Shown: piece by piece, positions 13,164-25,537 of the stretch
Numbering within the stretch: position 1 is the stretch's first letter
Layout of the letters: each line of letters opens with the position of its first letter
From: the human T2T-CHM13v2.0 reference genome, Homo sapiens
Direction: 5' to 3'
Length of the DNA: 64,000 nt
NCBI GenBank assembly: GCA_009914755.4
Contig: CP068257.2
Span: forward strand, 36,480,001 to 36,544,000
Position numbers and translations under genes: made by a program
Notes under the pieces: generated by a model
What the model saw: only the letters and a program-made list of their open reading frames with translations
Told to the model about the DNA's origin: nothing
Databases searched by the model: none

Positions 13164-13199
<36 letters not shown>
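12873..13199 (+). mobile_element. AluY-type SINE (full length), inserted just after the L1 poly-A
   Basis: 'ggccgggcgcagtggctcacacctgtaatcctagcactttgggaggccaaggcgggcggatcacgaggtcagaagatcgagaccatcttggctaacacggtgaaac…' with a 35-nt poly-A tail at 13165-13199. Confidence 0.9.
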
Positions 13200-13201
<2 letters not shown>

Positions 13202-13959
13202 TGTACTATGACTTCAACTTCCAAGTGGAATGTAGATGTTGTGATTGCCCAATGTTCCCAACACAATTACTGGACAAAAAGCCAGACAAATGACCAAAAT
13301 CTTGTTTCAAGTCGCCATACAGTTGTAGAAACAATAATTAGATGAACTGGAATTTCACAGGAGGAGACTTCTAGAACAGTAGGAATTTTGCTAATGTTTA
13401 GTAAGGCCTCATGATCAGATTTGGCCCACACCAGGGAGAGAAACCGGAGATGTTTTTGTTGGTCACTCAGGGCTGGTATGGGCGCAAAAGATTATATAAC
13501 TTGAGAAGCACAGACTTAATAGGTGTTTTCCCCAAGAAATTCTCTGTGTGCTGGAGATGAACATGGAGGACTCGAGAGCTAGGCTAAGGGTTCCTAAAAG
13601 ACAGAGTAAAATCTGCTTTATTCTCCAAGTGCTTGAGAGACTGTATTTCCCCAGAGGGACTGGGCCTACCAACTAGTCCTCCAAGATGTTTGCCACATTT
13701 AAAGCTGCAGGATATGGGAGCTAAAGATCCAAGCTCAAATCTAGATAGTGGATTTGCCACAGTCTTCCATGTTTGAGGGAGAGTGACCCACTAGTCTCTC
13801 AGCCCAAATCCTTGAAGGGTCTTCCTTGAGAAACAGGGAAGGACCAAAGATGGATGAGTCTTAGGAAAACTGCATATGTGTAATAGAACTAAGAGGGGAA
13901 GCGGGAGAGAGACAATGGGCCAAAAGCAACAACTGAAGATATAATGGCAAAGCATTTGC

Positions 13960-15065
13960 CAAAATGGATAAAATATTAATACATCAATTCAAAAATTCAA
14001 GAAACCCTAAGTAGCTCAGCAAACCCCAAGTAGGGTTTAAGAAAAAAGAAAATCATACTAAGGTACATTACAGTTAAACTGCTAAAACTTAGCAGATGAG
14101 CTCAAGTTTCTTTTCTGAAGCAAATTCATATCCTTAAATAGCCTTATTAAATAATAAATATTTAAAAATTTTAAAACTACTTATTCATCATAAGAAATTA
14201 AGAAAATAATAAAATCTAAGATTCACAGGAGATTGGGTTACCAAAAATAAATGCTGAAATTAAATTATCAAAAAAAGGGAAAACAGTTAAATTGATAAAT
14301 TAATAAATCTTAAAGGTGGTTATTTTAATAATAAAAACCCAACAAAAGACGTGTATTTACTTTCAATGTTTATTATTTTAATTAAATAAATTTGATTCAA
14401 ATTAAAAAGCACAAATGTGAGAGTGAAAAAATGACATGACTACAGATTCAAAGGAAACTACAAAAATAAGAGAAACTGCAAAAATATGCCTTCCATAAAT
14501 AAATTTGATAGTTTTAATGAAAAGTATAATTTCTGGCCAAATATAAATTATAATATTTTACTTAAGAAGTAGAATATCTGAATAGGCCTATTACTATGCA
14601 TATTACTAAAAGGATTATTCAGAAATTTTAAAATTTACTACAAGATTTTACAAGATTAGGTTGTATCACATAAAATTACTTTATGCTATATATAATAGAG
14701 TACATATGCATAATAATTGGCTATATTTGAATCTCAATTTATTTTTGACATTAAATTAACTTGTTACCAAGCTTGAGAAAGCACTACAACCATGCAACTA
14801 AAAAAATAGCACATGCGACACTCTCACTTATGAATATAGGTGCAAAAATTCTAAAGGAAATTCTAACAAATCAATTTCAATGCTAAATAAAAATAAGGCC
14901 ATACCATTTTAAGTAGAATTATTCTAGGTATGCAGACTTACTTCACACTAGGCAATCTATCAGTTGAATTGATATAGCTACAGTTCAAAGGGAAAACTAC
15001 ACAATTATTTCTACCCATGCTGAAAACACATTAATAATTAAGATACATTTAAAAATTAATAAGCT
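13960..15065 (+). mobile_element. L1 fragment (old L1M), ORF2 reverse-transcriptase region
   Basis: The translation of about 14840-15060, '…GAKILKEILTNQFQ…', followed by a degenerate run including '…IISTHAENTL…', parallels L1 ORF2 '[28 protein letters not shown]…MIISIDAEKAFDKIQHPF'. The upstream A/T-rich sequence is L1-like. The boundaries are approximate. Confidence 0.5.
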
Positions 15066-15084
15066 TTATGTTTTAGAGTAGTTT

Positions 15085-16340
15085 TAGCTTTACAGATATA
15101 TTGAGTAGAAAATACAAAGTTCCCATATACTCCCTCTCCCTACCACAGTTTCCTCTATTATCAATATCTTGCATTGATGTGGCACATTTATTATAATTGA
15201 TGAGCCAATATTGATACACTATTATTAACTAAAATCAATAGGTTACTTTAGGTTTCACTCTTGGTATTTACATTCTAGGGATTTTGACAAGTGTATAGTG
15301 ATGAGTACCCACCACTAAAGTATCTTACGTAATAATAGTTTCACTGCCTTAAAAATCCCCCTTGTACTACCTATTCATCTCTCCCTGTCCTCCAGTCCCC
15401 AGCAACCACTCATCTTTTTACTGTCTCCAAAGTTTTGCCTTTTCCAAAACGTCATAGAGTAGGAATCATACAATATGTAGCCTTTTCAGATTGGCTTCTT
15501 TCACTTAACAACATGTGTTTAAGGCTCCTCCATGTCTTTTTGTGGCTTGACAACTCATTTCTTTTCATTACTAAATAGTATTCCATTGTATGGATGTGGA
15601 TGTACCATAGTTTATTTGTCCAGTCACCTATTAAAACACATCTGGGTTGCTTCTAAATGTCGGTAGTTAAGAGGAAAGCTGCTGTAAACATTCATGTCCA
15701 GGTTTTTTTTTCTGTATGTAAGTTTCTAATTCATATGGGTAAATATGAGGGAGTGTTACTACTGAGTAGGAGTATGCCTAATTTTGTAAGAAACTGCCAA
15801 AATCACTTTCCAAGTGGCCATACCATTTTGCATTCCCACTAGCAATGAGTAAGAGGATCTGCTGCACAACATTCTCATCAGCATTTGGTGGTGTTTATGT
15901 TTGGGATTTTGGTCATTCTAATGGGTGTGTAGTAATATCTCGTTTTAATTTGAAAGTCTCTAATGATGTTGAGCATCTTTCCACAAGCTTATTTTCCATC
16001 TGTATATCTTCTTTGGTAAGGTATCTGTTGAGATCTTTTGCCTATTTTTTAATTGGACTGTTTGTTTCTTACTATTGAGTTTTAAGAGTTCTTTGTATAT
16101 CTTAAATACTAGCCTGCATCTGACATATGTTTCACAAAATCCTCCCAGTCTATGGCTTATTTTTTCATTCTCTGAACAGTGTCATTTACAGAACAGAAGT
16201 TTGAAATTTTAACAAAGTCCAACTTATCAATTTTTTTATGGATTGTGCTTTTGGATTTAAGAAGTCATTGCCAAATTCAAGGTCATTGAAATATTCTCCT
16301 ATTTTACCTTCTCAGCATTTTACAAGATATATTTTTAATT
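15085..16340 (-). mobile_element. L1 3' end (L1MB/L1MC-like), antisense
   Basis: It starts with the reverse-complemented L1M 3' terminus 'ttttagagtagttttagctttacagatatattgagtagaaaatacaaagttcccatatac…'. The + strand ORF at 15845-16078 reads '…DVEHLSTSLFSICISSLVRYLLRSFAYFLIGLFV', which is the well-known antisense-strand translation of L1 ORF2 ('[34 protein letters not shown]'). Confidence 0.7.
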
Positions 16341-16544
16341 AAAAACAAATAGATGCTCTGAATCAGTCATGGTCCCCACAAGGATTTTTAATAGAAACTG
16401 TAAGGAAAAGACAACTTACAATGGGCTTGGTAAGGTTAAGGAAATATATAAGGGATAATGCTTGCAACCATGATAAGCTGTCATCACCCAGGTCAAAAGG
16501 AAAAAAGGGAGGAGCTAGTGCTGGGACCCAGTGTGGAGGCTATG

Positions 16545-17325
<781 letters not shown>

Positions 17326-17334
17326 GCAGCATTT

Positions 17335-17352
17335 TGGTGGTCCATATGGAGA
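17335..17352 (+). promoter_or_regulatory. Putative degenerate tRNA primer-binding site ('tggtggtccatatggaga')
   Basis: A TGGTGG… motif lies 9 nt downstream of the LTR end, which is the expected PBS position. Which tRNA it would bind is not determinable. Confidence 0.3.
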
Positions 17353-18140
17353 CCTCTCCCCTATTCACTGTTTTTTCTCTTCTCCAACTCCAACCTCTTA
17401 GTGGACAGCATCCAAGCCTGGAGACATCTGATGGCCCCCCACTGCAGCTACTCCCTGGTGGATCAGAAGGTCCCAGTGGAAAGAAGTTTGACCGTCACTG
17501 CCCGATCGAGTGAGAGTTTAGAGTTTACTTTCCTTTCCCGTCTTCTGGTGGACAAACTCTAGTATCCCTCTAGCAGCTGATGGCCACTGGCCAGGGCCAT
17601 TCCCTGGTGTGGCCTAAAGGCCAAGGAGTGAACCAGGTTTGGCTGCTTTGCTTGGAAGGGAGGATGGCTCTCTCCTAACCCTTCTGGTCAAAAGTCCCCA
17701 GTCCCTACATGCAGCACAATAGGCAGCGGCAGCTTGACCAGGGCAAACGCACACACATTTTGGGGAACTCAGACCCCGTCCTTCTCACTCTAAATTTCTC
17801 CTGTGAAGAAAGCCAGCCATCCTTTTCTGGACATTTTAAGCAACATGATCCCAAATAGCACCAGAACAGTGAGCCTTCCCTCAACCTTTGCCCCTTATAC
17901 CTGGATTCAGCACCCAGTATAATTCATACGTGGACTGACCTGGGGCTGCTCACCCTGTGTTCATCCATCCAGTGTAAGGCTCTCATGCTGGGAGGTCCTT
18001 TCTAATAGGTGGGATGCCCCTTTGGAAAGTGCCTCTCAAGGCTCCTCAGTGGACATAAGTGGAACCCCCTTTCCTTGGCTGGAGGCCCCAAGAGAAATTG
18101 TGGTTTGTGTCCCCAGTAGACATTCTTTTCCAATCCCCCC

Positions 18141-18338
18141 ATGGGACAAAGCCCTTCCATTCTCTCAGACTCACCGATGGGCTGCATTCTAAAACATTGG
18201 GATAAACTTGACTCCCAGACTCTCAAAAGGAAACATCGAATTTTCTTGTGTAATACAGCATGGCCACTTTATAAACTTCCAGATCAGGAATCCTACTGGC
18301 TTCCAAATGGGACCTCTGCCCCCAGTAGTATTTTATAG
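18141..18338 (+). pseudogene. gag: Retroviral gag matrix (MA) N-terminal remnant
   Basis: The ORF reads 'MGQSPSILSDSPMGCILKHWDKLDSQTLKRKHRIFLCNTAWPLYKLPDQESYWLPNGT'. It has an N-terminal MGQ myristoylation-type start and parallels gammaretroviral and class I HERV MA (compare MLV 'MGQTVTTPLSLTLGHWKDV…KKRRWVTFCSAEWPTF'). The reading frame decays downstream. The remnant is truncated where the downstream LTR begins, near 18815. Confidence 0.65.
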
Positions 18339-18814
18339 GTTGACCTCTTTGGTCATAATTCTTCTAAACGGCTTGAGATTCCTTATATCTGAGGTTGTGT
18401 AACTCTTTCTAAGTTTGCTCTCCTCTCCCTTACATGGTTCCTTCCTTTACTAGGACAGCTGCATTTATACTTCTACTTCTCCTCTTCAGTCCTTTGTCTC
18501 TTTAATTTACTGGTTAAATTTGTTTCTTCCAGAATGTAGCAATTCCACAGCAAACTCCTAATGATGCAAGGATATCAGCCAATCACCCTCAGAAAACCCC
18601 ATGAATCTCCTCTAGACTCACTAGATATCAATTCCATATTAACACGCTCTTTCTTCCTGAGTTCTATCCTCCAGCAGCATTTAATAGACTAAGTCCCATA
18701 ACTCAGGACAATAACCCACAGGGTCCCCTAACAGACCGATAATCACAGGTAGGGCCCACACTGTGCCCACAGTCAGCAGGAAGCAGTTGGAAGATAAGAC
18801 CTCCATACCAATGC

Positions 18815-19216
18815 CAAAGATTTGTCATTGTTGTTCTGTCAGCGGGGAACATGGAGTCCTGGTAAGTTAATAGATACAAGAAAAGGGCTCTAGCTGGCAG
18901 GAACAGGAATGAGGATTGGGGAGAGCCACTGTTCTAAGAGATGGCTGACAAGCCATTTTTCTGAGAAACACCTAACCACAAACAACCTACTTGCACAACA
19001 TCCTGTTCCCAAATACCTTGTTCCACAGGTAGCCCCAGCAGCATGACCCTATCTGTACATAGCCTCTCCAGCATAACCTTATCAAACTTCTCTGCTGTGC
19101 TGCCTGTTGCTCTCTTGTATCTTTGTACTTTCTCTAACAAATCTGACTTTCTTAACCCACAACTGTCTTGGTAAATTCCTTTACTGCCTGTAACACCAGC
19201 CCCAGCCTATCACACC
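18815..19216 (+). mobile_element. ERV LTR, downstream copy (3' LTR of the deleted provirus)
   Basis: '…catggagtcctggtaagttaatagatacaagaaaagggctctagctggcaggaacaggaatgaggattggggagagccactgttctaagagatggctgacaagcca…cttgcacaacatcctgttcccaaataccttgtt…' runs parallel to 16607-17325 once the Alu is removed. It ends '…cctatcacacc'. Confidence 0.55.
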
Positions 19217-19644
19217 TGTGACAGATGGAGAGGATGAAGTACCTTTACTTCTCTCTCCTCACCCTCAATAGCATGCCAGTGATCCTTGCTGGCCAAACAC
19301 AATCAGAGGGCAGCCAGCAAGGGAGCCTGGGGGCTGCTGTCTGCATGGGTGATCATCCTGGGGCACAGGCAGAGCCAACATGAGTAGGCTATCCCTGTGA
19401 GAGAGGGCACATGGAGCATGAGGACCACAGCTCTTTGTGTAACCAAAAATTAGTGTTCCACACTCTAGACTCTTGCAGACCAAGGGTTGAAGCTGAGCTC
19501 TAGCACTCATTGGAAAGTTGATGTCTTTAAGCCTCTGCATTTTATGTGTAATTAGGATTAATAACAGTGCTACATTATAGATATTAAGATGACTATTTAT
19601 ATTAAATGTTTGTGAAGTATTAATGAGTGCTTAGTAAATGCTAG

Positions 19645-20145
19645 CTGCTATCACTACTGCTGCCACTACTATCAAAACTACTACCATTACTACTACTAAT
19701 AACATAACTACTATTGTCACTACTATTACCACTACCATTAGTACTACCACCACTATCATCACTACCATCACTACTAATACTATCATTACCACTACTATTA
19801 CCATTACCACGACTATCATTACTACTACTACCACCTCCACCATTACTACTAATGCTATCATTACTACTACTGCTTCTATAATTACTACTCCTACTCCTAC
19901 CATTACTACTACTAGTAGTATCACCATTACTACTACTACTATCATTACTATTACCACCACCATTACTACTATCATTACTACTACTACCACCACCATTACT
20001 ACTACTGCTGTCATTACTACTACTGCTACTATTTACTCCTACCGTTACTACTACTACCACCACCACCATTACTACTACTATCATTGCTACTATTACTACT
20101 GCCATCATTACTATTACTACTATTAGTTTAGTCATTATTATCAGA
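19645..20145. repeat. Triplet-based minisatellite, (ACT/ATT/ACC)n with about 33-36-bp higher-order units
   Basis: About 500 bp is made almost entirely of act, att, acc, atc and gct triplets, for example 'accaccaccattactactactatcattactact' recurring. It produces artefactual ORFs in three frames: poly-Thr/Ile on +, and poly-Val/Met and Ser/Gly/Asn on -. Confidence 0.85.
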
Positions 20146-20660
20146 GGCGAGGAGAAGCAGGCAGCATAACCAAGAACATAAGTATTATTTCTCAATATGA
20201 GACAGAATCTCTATATTAAATTAATAGCCAAAGCCATACCCAGGAATGAAATATTTACATGTTCTCACTGAAACCAAGAACCAAATAACCAGAGGATTGC
20301 TACCATCATTATCATTGAATGTTCTAGAAATTTTAGCCAACATATTAAGATATGCAACATTAGGAAAGAGAAAAAGTTTACCTTTTTTGGTTAACATTTA
20401 CAAAATATGATGGTTCTCTGCCAAGAAAATCACTCCCCCATTTAAAAATTAAGTGGCTAAACACAAAATGAATGTATAAAATTTAACGGTTGTTCTGAAA
20501 ACTAGGATAAAACTATTCATAATATTTAATGAAGATAATTTTCCACTTACAATAGCAACACAAACTATTAAGTGCCTACATAGCTTTATATATAATTTTG
20601 CAAACAATATAAAGGCTAGTAAAAAATAAAAACAAAAAACTTATAACTACATTAAGAAAA

Positions 20661-20858
20661 CTGGGCACAGTGGCTCATGCTGGTAATCTCAGAACTTTGG
20701 GAGGCTGAGGCAGGAGGATCGTTTGAGGCCAGGAGTTGGAGACTAGCCTGGGCATCATTGCAAGATCACATTTTTACAAAAAAAAAAAAAAATAGGCACG
20801 CATAGAGGCATGTGCCTGTAGTCTGTTTACTTGGGAGGCTACAGGTAGCTAGACTACA
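20661..20858 (+). mobile_element. Alu fragment (left monomer plus start of right monomer, 3'-truncated)
   Basis: 'ctgggcacagtggctcatgctggtaatctcagaactttgggaggctgaggcaggaggatcgtttgaggccaggagttggagactagcctgggcatcattgcaagatcac…aaaaaaaaaaaaaataggcacgcatagaggcatgtgcctgtagtc…gggaggctacagg'. Confidence 0.75.
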
Positions 20859-22699
20859 GTAATGGTAGTAGTAGTCATGGTAGTAGTAGCAAAAATGACA
20901 TTGGAAAAATGTCGATTTTTTCCAAATTCATTTATAGGATTAACACAATTGCACTTAAACTTCCACTGAGATTTATTATTAAATGTGTTCAAGTAAAACT
21001 AAGATTCATCTAGAAGAATGAATTTATAAGTAGAGCTCAGAAAAAATTTTTTAAATGCAAAACAGAAAAGATTAACCAGTGAGATTTGCCCTGTTATATA
21101 TAGAAACATAACACTAATATAGACAAAATATGTGGTTTTGGCACAAGAATAGATTATTGGAACAATGAAATGAAACAGAAACTCTGGGAAAAGAATACCT
21201 ACATTAATATAATGAAGTAAACCCAGACATGTATTCTGACACATTACCCCCAAAGAAATACCAGGTGGATTAAATATTTAAATGTCAAAAATAAGCCACC
21301 ATAAAAATCTTAGAAGAATATGCAGCAGAATATTTGTGTATCTCACAGTGAAAAGAGGGTTTTACAAGTATAAAGGTAATACAAAATAGAACAGAAAATT
21401 GATATGACAACATGAAAGAAAACCTTTTATATTTCAAAAGTCAGCTTTCAGTTTTTCCCAGTAACAGCCATTGTTTATAACCTTGGGGTCTAAGTTTCCA
21501 GGCTTGTATTGGAACAGGATTAGAAAAGGAATTATACTATACATTGGGTGACTGTGTCATCACCCTCTAGGATGATTTCTTCTTGGAATGAGACTTAAGA
21601 TACCATAGTTCTACTTTCATTGTGCATTGATACATTAAGTCATTTATAACATTTCCCAAAACTCCAATCTGGAGAACTTTCTCTATCACCAGGGCATTGC
21701 TTTGGAATTCAGGGAGGCCTGAGTTCTGGATGGGAATGGGAGTGAGATGGTCCAGTGAATGTTAACAGTCACTATTATTATCCTTATTTTACAGAGGAGG
21801 AATATTCTGCTCCTTTATGAGCCAACATTTACTTTCTCTGAATTAAATGTTACTGGTTTCTTATTTATAGACAGCAGAGATTGACTGGGCACACTTTCCC
21901 CCACAGTTTCCAAGACTCTGTAATTATATGCAAAATAGTAAAATTAAATTCAATCTAGATGAATCCATATTTCAATAAGGATATTAGTGACTTAGGTCTA
22001 AAAATTAAAATTAGACTCGTCAATCCTGTTATGCTTTCCATTCAAATGTTTTTCCTAAACAGCAACAACAACAAAAACCTGATTTCCTAATAGTCCATTT
22101 AGCTTTTATTTCATGCCATTTACAAAGTTTAGGCAACATAAATGCACTTTATGCATATCTCTGTCCCATATCTCAGTCTAGATAGTTGTCTAGATAATTT
22201 TCTAGACAACCTAGATAATCAATGGGAAGGCTGAATGGCAGAGCAGAAAAACCATGTCTTCAGGGTCTGAACTATTGAGAGTAAGTATCATCTCCACCAC
22301 TTAACAACTGTACAACTCTGGGAAGATGTGCTGGGCAAGCCCTTTCAGTCTTGTTGGCTTACCCAGTAGTCAGGATTTGTTGCAAGAATACAGTGCCAGC
22401 TGTGTTCCAGCCACTGCTCTCAGGGTACTGTTCCCTTTCCCTTTATATGTTCTGATATTTCTCCCATAGCTACCAACCAGCCCATTCTTCCAGTCTTTCT
22501 CTGTTCAGATGCTAATGGGAGAGAGTTGATGGTCTTAGATAGTCACCATAATCCCTTTAGAGCAGAGATTTGTTGTAGAAGCCAGGCCACTTTGAAGGAC
22601 ACAGGCTGCCTGATATTCTGGCTGCCCTTGGGTCAGATCTCATCCCTGGCCAAAGTGGTGCCACCACTTTCTCAATGATTGCTTATTTCTCCCTCCTTC

Positions 22700-22950
22700 A
22701 ACATGCTTTAGAAGGCAGCGTTTCCCTTAGAGGAGCACAGTGGGCTGGGCAGCAACAGTGGATGACGTGCGTATTACGGCACTGCTGGGTATCATCATAA
22801 CCAACATGAACTTGTGGCTTGTTCTTACAATGCGCCAGACGTCTCATGAAACATTCAACGTTTCTTAATTCACCCTCACAACCAGAATGAGGTAAGTGTT
22901 GTTCTTATTCTTATTATTTGATATTTTATAGATAAAGAGAAGCTTACAGC
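22700..22950 (-). mobile_element. MIR SINE (antisense), diverged
   Basis: '…atgcgccagacgtctcatgaaacattcaacgtttcttaattcaccctcacaaccagaatgaggtaagtgttgttcttattcttatt…atagataaagagaagcttacagc' parallels the reverse-complemented MIR sequence 'tgtgccaggcactgttctaagcgctttacatg…ttaatcctcacaacaaccctatgaggtaggtactattattatcc…ttttacagatgaggaaactgaggc'. Confidence 0.4.
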
Positions 22951-22985
22951 ATGAAATAACTTTCTCAAAATGATAAGATCAGTAA

Positions 22986-23295
<310 letters not shown>

Positions 23296-24117
23296 AGTAA
23301 GCGGAATATTCAATTGGATTCCAGAGTTTATGCTTTTAGCTATCAAGCTATACTCTTTCTCACTATATTTCCCTGAGCTTTGGTTTCCTTATCTATAAAA
23401 CTGGAACCGCACTGCCTGTTTGCCTTTAGAGCTATAGGTAATAAATGTTATGCATTTATTATGGTAAATAACATGTAGTAGAGCAAAGCATGGAAATTCA
23501 GGAAGTAACAAAGAGCAGTCATAAGAATGTCTATGTGGTAAATCTAGATAAAAATTACTTGTATACACATTTACAGTAGCGCCTTTAAAACACACACCGA
23601 TAGCACTTTAGTAAGTCAAGAATGCATGTTGCACCAATTAGAGAAAACACCAATTTTTTAAAAAAACATATAAATAACAAGCTAATAGAAGAAGAAATGT
23701 AATTAGAAAAATTTAAATAAGCCCAAAAACTTTAAGGAAGGACAAAAAAAATCATAGAACAGAGAAAATAGGAATCAATGGTAAGATGGTAGATTTAACC
23801 TTGAATTACAGTAAATATAAACAGACTAAATATTGAAATTGAAATATAAAGCTCATCAGAGAAGGTAATAATATCAAGCAAAGCTAAACAAGCTGCTTAC
23901 TTTAAATATAAAGATATCGACAGGTTGAAAGTAAGTAAGGGATGGTAAAACTACTATGCAAAGCAAAAGTTACAAAACCAAAGCAAAGACTGGCTCGTTT
24001 CAGAATAATCAACGTTTCAGGTTTAATATGAAATAATCGTAAATTTGTTTATACCTAATAACATAGCCATAAAATAAAAATTGACAGATAAACAATCATG
24101 TTAAGAGCCTGTATAAG

Positions 24118-24473
24118 CCAGATTTCTCCAGAAAAACAGAATCAAAAGGATATATACATTAAGAATTATATTAAGAAATTTATTTTAGCATATTGGCTTA
24201 CATGATTGTGGGGCTGGCAAGTCCAGAATCCGTAGGAGAAGCTGGCAGGCTGAAACTCAGGCAGGAAACGATGTTGCAGACTTTAGGCAGAATTTTTTCT
24301 TCTCTAGGAAAATTCAGTTTTTGCTCTTAAGGCTTCTGATTGTATAAGGCCCATTCACAGTATGAAAAGTAAGATTTATGTAAAGCCAACTGATTGTAGA
24401 TGTTAACTACATCTACAAAATACCTTTGCAGCACTACCTAGATTAGTGTTTGATTAAATAAATGGGCAGTAAA
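24118..24473 (+). repeat. Copy d of an unnamed dispersed ~450-bp repeat ('repeat X'), 3' end abutting the Alu at 24474
   Basis: It starts 'gatttctccagaaaaacagaatcaaaaggatatatac…ggcttacatgattgtggggctggcaagtccagaatccgtagg…gcaggctgaaactcaggcagg…tgcagactttaggcagaatttt…cagtttttgctcttaaggc…'. The other copies are at 26776, 31613 and 37570. I could not recall the family name. Confidence 0.4.
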
Positions 24474-24754
24474 GGCCGGGTGCAGTGGCTCACGCCTGTA
24501 ATCCCAGCACTTTGGGAGGCCGAGGCAGGAAGATCACTTGAGGTCAGGAGTTCAAGACCAGCCTGGCCAACATGGTGAAACCCCATCCGTACTAAAAATA
24601 CAAAAATTAGCCTGGCTTGGTGGCGGGCACCTGTAATCCCAGCTACTTGGGAGGCTGAAGCAGGAGAATCACTTGAACCCAGGAGGTTGTAGTGAACCGA
24701 GATCGCGCCACTGCATTCCAGTCTGGGTGACAAGAGCAAAACTCTGTCTCACCA

Positions 24755-24788
<34 letters not shown>
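24474..24788 (+). mobile_element. AluS/Y SINE (full length)
   Basis: 'ggccgggtgcagtggctcacgcctgtaatcccagcactttgggaggccgaggcaggaagatcacttgaggtcaggagttcaagaccagcctggccaacatggtgaaaccccatc…' with a long poly-A at 24747-24788. Confidence 0.9.
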
Positions 24789-24792
<4 letters not shown>

Positions 24793-25537
24793 CTAAAGCC
24801 TGGCCCCCATGATGACACAGGAAACTAATCGTCATGGAGACTTTATCCACACTTTTGAATATATGTTACATTTCAACATTAAAACACACACACACACACA
24901 AAATCATAAAGCAATCAACAAAATTAAGCTGAATGCTTCGTAATTGCTGGATTCCCTGGGAAGCTGACTCTGAGATGGAGATTAGCGTGCAGGACATTTC
25001 TTACGGGTTGTTCTTGGGATCAATACCTGTGGAGAGGAGAAGCTGAGGCAGGATCAGGAAGCGGGGAAGTAGAGTGCAATGCTGGTGAAGCGGCATCACT
25101 GTCTGGGGTAAATATCCGGGGTTCATCATCTCTCGTCAAGATGATTAACGACATGGACACACATGGGTGAGTTAAGAAGCGGAAAGTTTAATAGGCGGAA
25201 GAAAAGAGTGAGGAGACCAGCTCTCAGACATCCTTAAGGGAAAGGCTGGCCCGTGACTGACGGCAGCAGGTTTTACGGGCAGGCTTGAGGAGGCGGTGTC
25301 TGATTTACGTGGAGCCCAGAGATTGGTTCGACCAGGGGTGACGTTTACGTAGCGCGCAGGGAAGGCTGGTCACCCCACCCTAATCTTGTTATGCAAATAG
25401 GCTTCCCACTTGGCAGGGGCCGTCTTGTCCACTCGTTTCTGTAAACATGGGTGGCAAAAAGAGAAGATGGAGCTGCCATTTAGAACATGCCTAATCCCAG
25501 GTAGTGTTTTTTGTTGTTGTTGTTGCTGCTGTTGTCG

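Noticed and set aside
17335-17352. Assigning the PBS to a specific tRNA (and thus naming the HERV family)
   Set aside because: 'tggtggtccatatggaga' is too degenerate to match tRNA-Ile, -His, -Trp, -Arg or -Phe 3' ends confidently from memory, so the family is left open.
19645-20145. A periodic repeat array that a naive scan might flag as CRISPR-like
   Set aside because: The array has no alternating constant repeats and unique spacers, only a degenerate 3-bp-based satellite. The surrounding DNA is primate nuclear sequence full of Alu, L1 and LTR elements, so a prokaryotic defence locus is not plausible.
19638-20195. The three longest ORFs in the window (184, 162 and 127 aa) overlap on both strands and could suggest a low-complexity protein gene
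   Set aside because: They lie entirely inside the ACT/ATT/ACC triplet minisatellite. A triplet repeat keeps every frame open. There is no start or stop context, no splice signal and no flanking coding sequence, and the 'proteins' are homopolymeric T/I/V/S runs.
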